A DNA stretch of 57,699 nt, from assembly GCA_017439965.1 (NCBI GenBank), contig JAFSID010000076.1:1-57699 (forward strand), in the 5' to 3' direction. This document shows, one piece after another, positions 1 through 7,115 of this stretch. The stretch is from Clostridia bacterium. Lineage in GTDB: Bacteria; Bacillota; Clostridia; Oscillospirales; SIG627. The notes below the pieces were generated by a model that saw only the letters and a program-made list of their open reading frames with translations, had not been told where the DNA came from and did not search any database. The position numbers were made by a program, and so were the translations under genes. Position 1 is the stretch's first letter. Each line of letters begins with the position of its first letter.

Positions 1-219
1 GCAAACGTTCACGAAGCGCAGTATGCACAAGGAACAAAGGATTTTATTTCAAAATTTGAAATAGCATTAAAAGAATGTAACGAGAGCGAATATTGGCTTG
101 AGCTTCTTTATGAAACTAATTCGATTAGTGATAATGAGTTTAATAAAATGCAAAGTGCGTGTATTGAGCTTCGCAGAATGTTAGTTTCGACTGTTACAAC
201 TATAAAATCAAAACAATAA
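1..219 (+). CDS. four-helix-bundle protein (23S rRNA intervening-sequence protein family), 5' end outside window
   Basis: Frame 1 is open from the window edge to TAA at 217-219. Translation ...KFEIALKECNESEYWLELLYETNSISDNEFNKMQSACIELRRML carries the E-x-x-YWL helix motif typical of this family. Confidence 0.65.
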   Translation, partial: ANVHEAQYAQGTKDFISKFEIALKECNESEYWLELLYETNSISDNEFNKMQSACIELRRMLVSTVTTIKSKQ

Positions 220-233
220 CCCGGCTAACAAGT

Positions 234-268
234 GCCCGAAAACCCTTGGAAATACAGGGCTTTCGGGC
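234..268 (+). terminator. possible terminator hairpin after the four-helix-bundle gene
   Basis: GCCCGAAAACCCT...AGGGCTTTCGGGC inverted repeat 15 nt after the stop. The downstream T-tract is weak (ATTTAT). Confidence 0.4.
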
Positions 269-586
269 ATTTATGCAATTTGGAAAAATGCTTCTGCAAC
301 ACTTTTGACAACACTCCGTTAATAGACTACGGAGACAGCCGATATATTTGATATTTTGGCTATCAAAATACGGATTATACACCACGATTTACGCCTTAAA
401 CACCACAGACTTAGGAGTGGGAGTAATACCACACTCCCGAAAGGTCTTGCAAATAAAGGACTTTGGAGATTTTGTAGCTCTCAAGTAAATAGCACAAAAA
501 GTTAAAACAGAAGCATAAAAAAGATAATGAACCCACAGCAGAATTTTTGTTGTACAAACAAAAATTCGCAAGTTTTATAAAACCTC

Positions 587-615
587 TTTATTTTTGCAGC
601 TTATTATGATATAAT
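587..615 (+). promoter_or_regulatory. candidate extended -10 promoter (TGATATAAT) for the structured leader
   Basis: TG-n-TATAAT at 607-615. The -35 is weak (TTTATT, 17 nt upstream). Confidence 0.35.
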
Positions 616-621
616 AACAAG

Positions 622-765
622 GCGACACAGTTTAATATTTTTTCGAGTAGGCATACTTTGGGTAAAAACGTATGCCTTGATGTCATATCCTACTCGGAAT
701 GAACTGTGTCGCAACAGAAGTCAAACATCGTTTTTCGGTGCGTGGCTTCGGTCACGCACTTTTTT
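622..765 (+). ncRNA. structured leader or small RNA: three-tier rod-like hairpin followed by a UUCG-capped intrinsic terminator
   Basis: Outer stem 622-632 GCGACACAGTT pairs with 702-712 AACTGTGTCGC (11 bp). Middle stem 644-649 pairs with 691-696. Inner stem 650-656 GGCATAC pairs with 670-676 GTATGCC. Terminator stem 738-746/751-759 has loop TTCG and is followed by T6 at 760-765, 27 nt before the ATG at 793. Confidence 0.45.
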
Positions 766-792
766 ATTAAACTAATAATGGAGGTTTAAGCT

Positions 793-1473
793 ATGGAAGA
801 GATAAAAAAAGGTATTAATACTGACAATCAGGAGGAATTATATACTCTGTACATCCATACTTGCCTTGAAAACGATAAAGTTTACGTTGGAATTACGAGC
901 AAAGATGCGAAAAACCGTTGGTTAGATAGAGAAAGTTATAAAGGCAATTCTGATTTGTATTCCGATATAAAAAAATATGGTTGGGATAATGGCTTTCATC
1001 ATAAAATCGTGGCAGATAATCTTGTATGGGAGAAGGCAAAGGAGTCTGAAAAATTCTTCATAGAGACCTTTGATTCTACAAACCCCGAAAAAGGTTATAA
1101 TCACAGAAAGGGTAATAACCGACAAGGCATTTCTCGTGAACGCGCTAATATCGGAACCAAAATCCAAATTTTGCGCAAAAATAAAGGTATCACTCAGTTT
1201 GATTTGGCAGATGCTCTTGATCTTTCGAGAGCAACTATATCAAATTACGAAGTCAACAGAAGATCGCCAAGCATTGATGAACTGAAAAGGTTTGCGGATT
1301 ACTTCGGTGTTGGTCTTGATTATTTCGGAACAGAAGCAGCCAATGAAAGTTTTGAGATAAGTTCTCGTGTTCGTGGTTATTTCAAAAATGAGAATATGTC
1401 TTTAGATGACAAAATTGAACTTTTCAATGACATTCTTTCCGCCTATTATCTGTATGTAATAGATAACAAATAA
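793..1473 (+). CDS. GIY-YIG nuclease domain fused to a C-terminal XRE-family HTH
   Basis: GGAGG lies 8 nt upstream. N-terminus YTLYIHTCLENDKVYVGIT...NRW...EKFFIETF...GYN matches the GIY-(10-11)-YIG, Arg, Glu, Asn pattern. C-terminus IQILRKNKGITQFDLADALDLSRATISNYEVNRRSPSIDEL is a Cro/C1-type HTH. Confidence 0.8.
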   Translation: MEEIKKGINTDNQEELYTLYIHTCLENDKVYVGITSKDAKNRWLDRESYKGNSDLYSDIKKYGWDNGFHHKIVADNLVWEKAKESEKFFIETFDSTNPEKGYNHRKGNNRQGISRERANIGTKIQILRKNKGITQFDLADALDLSRATISNYEVNRRSPSIDELKRFADYFGVGLDYFGTEAANESFEISSRVRGYFKNENMSLDDKIELFNDILSAYYLYVIDNK

Positions 1474-1489
1474 AATTTGAGATTTCGAG

Positions 1490-2365
1490 GTGTTTACCAT
1501 AGAACAAAGAGGTATAAGTGTTCAACAAGCAGTTGCAATTATGAACCAAAAGGACCATTTTCAAACTAAATTGGAGAAACTGCGTGTTTCACTAAACATA
1601 TCACAAGGCAAACTCGCAAAATTAGCGAGAATTCCCGTTCGCACTATACAATGTTACGAGCAAAGAGTTAGAGACATAGATAGTGCAAGATTAAGCACAT
1701 TACTTGATTTATGCATAGTGTTAAATTGCACGCTAAAAGACATTTTAGAAGATAGTGACAACATCAATAAACTTGAACAAGTTCTTGATATTCCATCTAA
1801 AACGGTTAGTTTTGTTGACACCGCCGAAGAAACATCTGCTTCGGAAAATACATATGAGAAAAGTTTGATCGAAAAATACTTTTATAACGAAGCTTTATCC
1901 GACTTAACAGAAGATCAAAAAGCCGGCATTGCGTTTGTGTCTAAGGATTTTCCTGAACAATGGAAAAACATTCTTAAACTTAGATATATAGATCTTCTTA
2001 CTTTAGATGATATAGCTGCTCAAAAAGGCATAACACGTGTGCGAGTGCGACAAATTGCTCTCAAAGCAATAAAACGACTTGAAGAATACGAAAGTTCAGA
2101 ATATGTTGTTTCGGGATTACAGACAAGTCAACAAAAGGCTGAGCAAGAGCAGAACGACAGACTGTTGTTTGATCGCTCTATTGATGAATTAAACCTTTCT
2201 GGCAGAGCGCATAACTGTTTAATGCGGGCAGGTTATACAACCATAGGAGAGGTTGTTTTAGCAAGAAAAGAGCTTATTAAAATTAAGAACATCGGTAAAC
2301 ATGTCGTTGAGGAAATATGCGATAAAATAGACCTATATACAAAAGATTTTATAAGCAAAGGATAG
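1490..2365 (+). CDS. three-module transcription protein: XRE HTH + sigma-70 region 4-like + RNA polymerase alpha C-terminal-domain-like
   Basis: HTH: LRVSLNISQGKLAKLARIPVRTIQCYEQ. Sigma region 4.2-like: ILKLRYIDLLTLDDIAAQKGITRVRVRQIALKAIKRLEE. AlphaCTD-like: IDELNLSGRAHNCLMRAGYTTIGEVVLARKELIKIKNIGKHVVEEICDKI. Start is uncertain: GTG 1490 without a clean RBS, or ATG 1541. Confidence 0.75.
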   Translation: MFTIEQRGISVQQAVAIMNQKDHFQTKLEKLRVSLNISQGKLAKLARIPVRTIQCYEQRVRDIDSARLSTLLDLCIVLNCTLKDILEDSDNINKLEQVLDIPSKTVSFVDTAEETSASENTYEKSLIEKYFYNEALSDLTEDQKAGIAFVSKDFPEQWKNILKLRYIDLLTLDDIAAQKGITRVRVRQIALKAIKRLEEYESSEYVVSGLQTSQQKAEQEQNDRLLFDRSIDELNLSGRAHNCLMRAGYTTIGEVVLARKELIKIKNIGKHVVEEICDKIDLYTKDFISKG

Positions 2366-3844
2366 TTGACTATGTTTAATGATTATATTTGGAGAACATA
2401 TTTAGGCGGAACTGGAAAAGAAGTGGTTAATTTCTTTGAAGAAAACCTCTCAAATAATTTTTCAAAAGAATACGCTGATAAAATATGTGAATTTCATAGA
2501 GCATATTGTCCAAGTAAGGTTGTTAATGAATCATTACATAGTGAATTAGTCGATGCGTATGAGGATATTGCAGAAGGTATTTGGTTTCTTGAAGAAGGTG
2601 AATATTCGATTGAATCTGCAATTTCATACATTTTTAATGGCTTTCTTAACGAAGATGGTGCAACCCCACAAAAGGTATTTAATTTCTTTTCGGGTTCGGT
2701 AGCGTTTTTTACCACACTTTTTGCAAGAGAATTACCCGAACTGTTTATTCCTTACTATTTTACACTCAACTTTAATATCTTTGAGAAAATAGCACAGGAG
2801 TTTGAAATAATTCTTCCGGAGATTCCCATCAAAAAAGATTATGAGGGAAGATTTTTATACTACGGTAAAATATGCGAGGCATTATACGATTTTAGAGAGA
2901 AACATAATATGTCCGCTTATGAACTATGTGCTTTCCTTTATGACTTTGCACCTAAATACGTTGGTGGTGCTAAAAGTTATATAATTAAAGATATTCCAGC
3001 ACCCAAGAGTGCCTATTTCATTGGCGGTTCAAAAAACGATGCTTTTTTATTGAGCGATGATGATACTATCACGCCTTGGCAATGCAATCCCGATACAATG
3101 GTCGGCGATGCAATCGTTATGTATCTGAAATCTCCTATTAGTGCCGTTGATTCCATTTGGCGTAGTGTTTCTATTGGATTTAATGATCCGTTCTTTTATT
3201 ATTACAGATGTACATATATTGCCAACCCCTGCAAAGTAAATAGAATCTCTCAAAAACAACTTGAAGGAGATTCGGTGTTCGGTAAATTGCCTATTGTAAA
3301 GAAAAACATGCAGGGGTTAAACGGTGTTGAACTATCCCCTTCTGTTTATAATCACTTGCTTGATATGACAGAATCGGATTTGCCGAGATTAGAGTTTGCA
3401 ATTAACAACGATGATCTTGTTCTTTCCAGAGAAAAAGACGTTGAAAACAAATTGATTAAACCATTTTTGGCAGAGCTTGGTTATACTGAAAAAGACTATA
3501 AACAACAATTATATATCGAAATAGGTAATCATAATCATGCTTTAATTCCTGATTTTGTTATCAATCCGATTGTATCTAAAGGTCATCAATCGGCGGATTT
3601 TCTTGTTGAGGCTAAATATTCTATTTCGTCAAATAAATTGTTGGAAGAAGCAAAAACACAAGCAAGAGGCTATGCAAAACTTCTTAATGCAAAATATTCT
3701 GTAATTGCTGCAAAAGAAGGAGTTTGGATAACAGATGTTGCGGATGATTACACTGCAAGTGTTCTTTCTTTTTCTTGGAGCGATTTGAAAAATGAAGATA
3801 ACTTCCACAAAGTATACAATATAATTGGCAGAGGAAAATTCTAA
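2366..3844 (+). CDS. large protein with a C-terminal HsdR_N-like PD-(D/E)xK nuclease domain; N-terminal and central domains unassigned
   Basis: C-terminus EKDVENKLIKPFLAELGYTEKDY...ALIPDFVINP...ADFLVEAKYS...AKTQARGYAKLL fits the type I restriction HsdR N-terminal (HSDR_N_2) nuclease pattern (D...E-x-K). Start is TTG 2366 or ATG 2372, abutting the upstream TAG stop. Confidence 0.7.
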   Translation: MTMFNDYIWRTYLGGTGKEVVNFFEENLSNNFSKEYADKICEFHRAYCPSKVVNESLHSELVDAYEDIAEGIWFLEEGEYSIESAISYIFNGFLNEDGATPQKVFNFFSGSVAFFTTLFARELPELFIPYYFTLNFNIFEKIAQEFEIILPEIPIKKDYEGRFLYYGKICEALYDFREKHNMSAYELCAFLYDFAPKYVGGAKSYIIKDIPAPKSAYFIGGSKNDAFLLSDDDTITPWQCNPDTMVGDAIVMYLKSPISAVDSIWRSVSIGFNDPFFYYYRCTYIANPCKVNRISQKQLEGDSVFGKLPIVKKNMQGLNGVELSPSVYNHLLDMTESDLPRLEFAINNDDLVLSREKDVENKLIKPFLAELGYTEKDYKQQLYIEIGNHNHALIPDFVINPIVSKGHQSADFLVEAKYSISSNKLLEEAKTQARGYAKLLNAKYSVIAAKEGVWITDVADDYTASVLSFSWSDLKNEDNFHKVYNIIGRGKF

Positions 3845-3867
3845 AAGAGTAGTTTGGAGGTGCAGTA

Positions 3868-4506
3868 ATGATATACTTTCGTGATGCAAATACGGGTTTT
3901 ATAGTTAGAAAACCAGATGAAGGTATGCACCTTGAATACACTTATGATGATTTCTCCAATTGGATACAAACGGAGCCAGACAGTTCATACGAACGTGAAT
4001 ATTGGCTCGGAGAAGGCAATTCTTGTTTGTTTGATATTACCGAAGAAGAAGCTATTGCCATTATTTCTTCAAGAAGTAATAAACTGAACAAAAGCCAAAT
4101 ACAAATTGCTCGAAAATGCTATTTGTTTGGTGAAGAAACGATTTATATAGAAATAGATGAAAACAGCCCAATTTTTGTATATCAGCATAAAGACAAAAAA
4201 TGGAGCAAACTAGAGGCTGATAGTTTTTGGGATTCTTGGGACTCAGCACCACATCTTTTCCTGCCCATATCTAATGAAGGCGCTATTAAAAGGATTTATT
4301 GTGATGATGAAACTTCCAATCTTACTGACACAAAAGCTGAGGGATCAAAAACGAAACTTAAAACAAGTTCGGAAAATATCGTAGAACAAATGGTGAATGG
4401 TATTGTTGGTAAAGAAAGTGAAAATCCTTCCAAAAGAGAAACAGAAATCCGGAAAAATCTTTCGGGTAGAGCGTTGGAATATTTAATGTTTATGGATGAT
4501 GATTAA
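3868..4506 (+). CDS. hypothetical protein, last gene of the island operon
   Basis: GGAGG lies 7 nt upstream. 212-aa ORF with no motif I recognise and an acidic, low-complexity C-terminal third. Confidence 0.6.
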   Translation: MIYFRDANTGFIVRKPDEGMHLEYTYDDFSNWIQTEPDSSYEREYWLGEGNSCLFDITEEEAIAIISSRSNKLNKSQIQIARKCYLFGEETIYIEIDENSPIFVYQHKDKKWSKLEADSFWDSWDSAPHLFLPISNEGAIKRIYCDDETSNLTDTKAEGSKTKLKTSSENIVEQMVNGIVGKESENPSKRETEIRKNLSGRALEYLMFMDDD

Positions 4507-4581
4507 GAAAATGAATAACAAGTATTGCAATATAAGCCAAAACAAATTATAATAAACAAGCTGACACGGATGCTTAAAAAG

Positions 4582-4615
4582 TGATAGCAAACCGTGATAG
4601 CAAAATGATAGCAAA
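4582..4615 (+). repeat. three direct copies of TGATAGCAAA
   Basis: TGATAGCAAA at 4582-4591, 4595-4604 and 4606-4615, in the intergenic tail of the AT-rich island. Confidence 0.8.
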
Positions 4616-4830
4616 AGTTAGAACTACCTATGTATATAGGATAATCTAAAACAAAGCAAATCAATTTGTGCCACTATGCTAAAACAGAATCGTTTAAGGT
4701 CGCTTTTGTGGTTGCGAGTGGGAATAATACCAAATGTTTCAGCAAATTTGATTTATCCTCTTGGGGCAGTTTTCTTTATCCTTTCCAGATTAGATAAATC
4801 ACTGCAAAAGCAAGCAATATAGTAATTTTG

Positions 4831-4871
4831 AAGACCTTGTGTCATCGCAAACGATGATCAAGGTCTTTTTT
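4831..4871 (+). terminator. intrinsic terminator with no annotated gene upstream
   Basis: AAGACCTTG (4831-4839) pairs with CAAGGTCTT (4859-4867), with an inner TCATCG/CGATGA stem, followed by a T-run to 4871. Confidence 0.6.
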
Positions 4872-4878
4872 GTATAAA

Positions 4879-4920
4879 GAAAAAGTTAAGGGTTTACCGA
4901 AAAATCGGTATACCCTTAAG
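4879..4920 (-). terminator. intrinsic terminator of the oxidoreductase/isomerase operon
   Basis: GTTAAGGGT/ACCCTTAAG stem. An A-run on the + strand gives a U-tract on the - strand, directly downstream of the CDS ending at 4949. Confidence 0.6.
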
Positions 4921-4948
4921 CTTTACAAAAATATTATCACTAATAGGA

Positions 4949-6091
4949 TCAATACAAAAACAAGCTTCTTTCAGCACTTGTACCGTTGTAATATTCCGAA
5001 TAAATCGGAACGGGACGTTCAAATTTTGTTTTAAGCTCAACAAATCTTCTTTCCTTGGTGCTTGTTTCAACCGCTTTAACAAATTCAAGCGCGTGATAGC
5101 CCATTTCGGGAAGCAATCTGTTCGGGCGGTCTGTACGTATACCCCAAGCCATATCCGCTACGCCTATACCTCTGCTGGATGCCTTATAGGGATGTGAAAT
5201 CGGGAATTCCATTTTTCCGCTTCCGTTTTTGGTGATATATACGGAATCTCCAAACTCATTGGGGTCTCCAAGCTCAAGCTGTCCTTCCGTGCCTATTACC
5301 TTAAAGACCGTTTCCTTTGTCATATGGTCGCTTGATACGGCAAACATTCCCAAAACACCACAATCAAACTCAAACGAGCAGGTCATACTATTGATAGTAT
5401 TTACAAAGAAGTTATCGTTAAACTTTGAGTTTCTCGGATTGAGATACGGTCTGTTTTGCTTTATTGTTCTCGTATAACCGCATACGCTGTTTATAGGACC
5501 GAACATATTCATCATCTGGTGAAGGTAATATCCTCCCATATCATAAGGGATTCCTCCTCCCTCACACATTACTGAATATTTTCTTACTGCATCGTCCTTG
5601 TCCTCTTTGATCATATGATAGCCTCTTGAAAGATATGCTATCACAGAAATCGGCTGACCTATTAATCCCTTATCTATAATGTATCTTGCGGTTTGCTGAG
5701 ATGCACCGAGGAAGGTATCGGGAGCTACACAAAAGCGAACGTTATTTCTTTTCGCCGTTTCCATCAAGTCATCCGCCTGCTCCATTGTAAGACACATCAT
5801 CTTCTCGCTGTAACAATGCTTTCCTGCTTCAAGAATAGCCTTTGAAACCTCATAATGCGACGTAGGATAAGTAAGATTAACAACGATTTCAATCTCATCG
5901 TCGTTTAAAATTTCTTCCGTTGTCATACATTTGATTTCATACTTCTCGGCTTGAGCAGTTGCTTTTTCGGCAACCATATCTGCACAGCCTACTAAATCTA
6001 TGATGGAAAACGTATCTTTTAAATTCATCAAATACGTATGCGAAATATCTCCACAGCCTATAACCGCTGTTTTTACGGGCTTAATTTTCAT
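4949..6091 (-). CDS. Gfo/Idh/MocA family oxidoreductase
   Basis: N-terminal Rossmann motif KTAVIGCGDISHTYL and a conserved EK motif (HCYSEKMM). TAATG overlap with the upstream gene. Confidence 0.8.
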   Translation of the reverse strand: MKIKPVKTAVIGCGDISHTYLMNLKDTFSIIDLVGCADMVAEKATAQAEKYEIKCMTTEEILNDDEIEIVVNLTYPTSHYEVSKAILEAGKHCYSEKMMCLTMEQADDLMETAKRNNVRFCVAPDTFLGASQQTARYIIDKGLIGQPISVIAYLSRGYHMIKEDKDDAVRKYSVMCEGGGIPYDMGGYYLHQMMNMFGPINSVCGYTRTIKQNRPYLNPRNSKFNDNFFVNTINSMTCSFEFDCGVLGMFAVSSDHMTKETVFKVIGTEGQLELGDPNEFGDSVYITKNGSGKMEFPISHPYKASSRGIGVADMAWGIRTDRPNRLLPEMGYHALEFVKAVETSTKERRFVELKTKFERPVPIYSEYYNGTSAERSLFLY

Positions 6092-6879
6092 TATCTGTCA
6101 ACCCCTAATCCTCTTAAATAATCAAAGCTTGATTTTACGCAATCAAACGCATCTCTGCCATAGCATTCGTCCTGCTCGATTGCATAGCTCTTAACGTTAT
6201 TCTTCCGGCTAAGCTCAATAATGGGCTTCCAATTTATGTTACCCTCTCCAACGGGCTCGTATGTGGCGGGATGTGCCTCAAGCAAAGCTTCTCTGCTTCC
6301 AACTCCGAAGTCCTTTACGTGTATGTAATCGTATCTGTCCTTATACTGCTCCATAAACTCAACGATTGATTTTCCGCCGCTATGAATCCAATGGGTATCA
6401 GGCATAATCTGAACGACCTCGGGGTCACTTTCCTTCAAGAATATATCAATTCCGGTAGTATTACCAAATCTTATAAACTCAAACGCATGAAAATGATAGA
6501 GAATCTTCATACCCTTTTTCTTATATTCCGCACCAACCTCATTGAGATAATGAGCAAACATTTTATATCCCGCAGGGTCTCCTGAAAGTCCCTTGGGCAT
6601 TGTTCCCGTACGTACGTAAGATGTATTAAACAACTCGCACATACCGATTACGTTGGAGTAGTTCTCCTCGAGCTTCATAACAGGGCAATAAACAGAGTCG
6701 TTTGTCAAGCCTCTTTCTTCGAAAAGGCGTGCAACCTCCTTGGCGTCATATGCCGCAGGAACCGAGTACTGAAGCATAGTAAATCCTATATCCTTGAGTC
6801 TGTCAAGTGTATTTTCCAAATCACTCATTGTCGTTGTGTGTTCACGCATAGTGTACATTTGTAAAGATATCTTACCCAT
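6091..6879 (-). CDS. sugar phosphate isomerase/epimerase (xylose-isomerase-like TIM barrel)
   Basis: 262 aa with typical N-terminus ...LQMYTMRE...LDRLKDIGFT and the metal-ligand context HFHAFEF...HVKD...IEQD. Confidence 0.7.
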   Translation of the reverse strand: MGKISLQMYTMREHTTTMSDLENTLDRLKDIGFTMLQYSVPAAYDAKEVARLFEERGLTNDSVYCPVMKLEENYSNVIGMCELFNTSYVRTGTMPKGLSGDPAGYKMFAHYLNEVGAEYKKKGMKILYHFHAFEFIRFGNTTGIDIFLKESDPEVVQIMPDTHWIHSGGKSIVEFMEQYKDRYDYIHVKDFGVGSREALLEAHPATYEPVGEGNINWKPIIELSRKNNVKSYAIEQDECYGRDAFDCVKSSFDYLRGLGVDR

Positions 6880-7115
6880 TGTAATTATTCCTTTCTTCAG
6901 AAAAATCTATAATACAATTATACATCAACCTTTCGATAAAACAATGTATTTTTCGTTTTATGTATTGTATTTTTTGATTTTTATGATACAATGTATTAAA
7001 AGCATTATAATTCGATTTAATTGCCACTTACTTACAAGTTCAGCGACACGCTAAACACCATTTTCGGCAATTGTATCGGATTTCCGAATTGTAAAAAACA
7101 ATTCGTCCCCGTTTC

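Noticed and set aside
200..571. Minus-strand ORFs 200-385 and 389-571 in the AT-rich intergenic region.
   Set aside because: They have no Shine-Dalgarno sequence, are Cys/Phe-rich with odd composition, and 200-385 runs through the terminator hairpin at 234-268. They look like chance ORFs in AT-rich DNA. A real small gene cannot be fully excluded.
587..1473. A group I intron or homing context, or a retron msr/msd, for the structured RNA next to the GIY-YIG gene.
   Set aside because: The structured region is only about 90 nt plus a terminator, too short for a group I intron core, and it is not inserted in a host gene. No reverse transcriptase is nearby, which argues against a retron.
4677..4823. 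A 48-codon ORF (MLKQNRLRSLLWLRVGIIPNVSANL...) before the orphan terminator.
   Set aside because: It has no RBS and its composition is unremarkable. It is mentioned only as a possible explanation for the terminator at 4831-4871.
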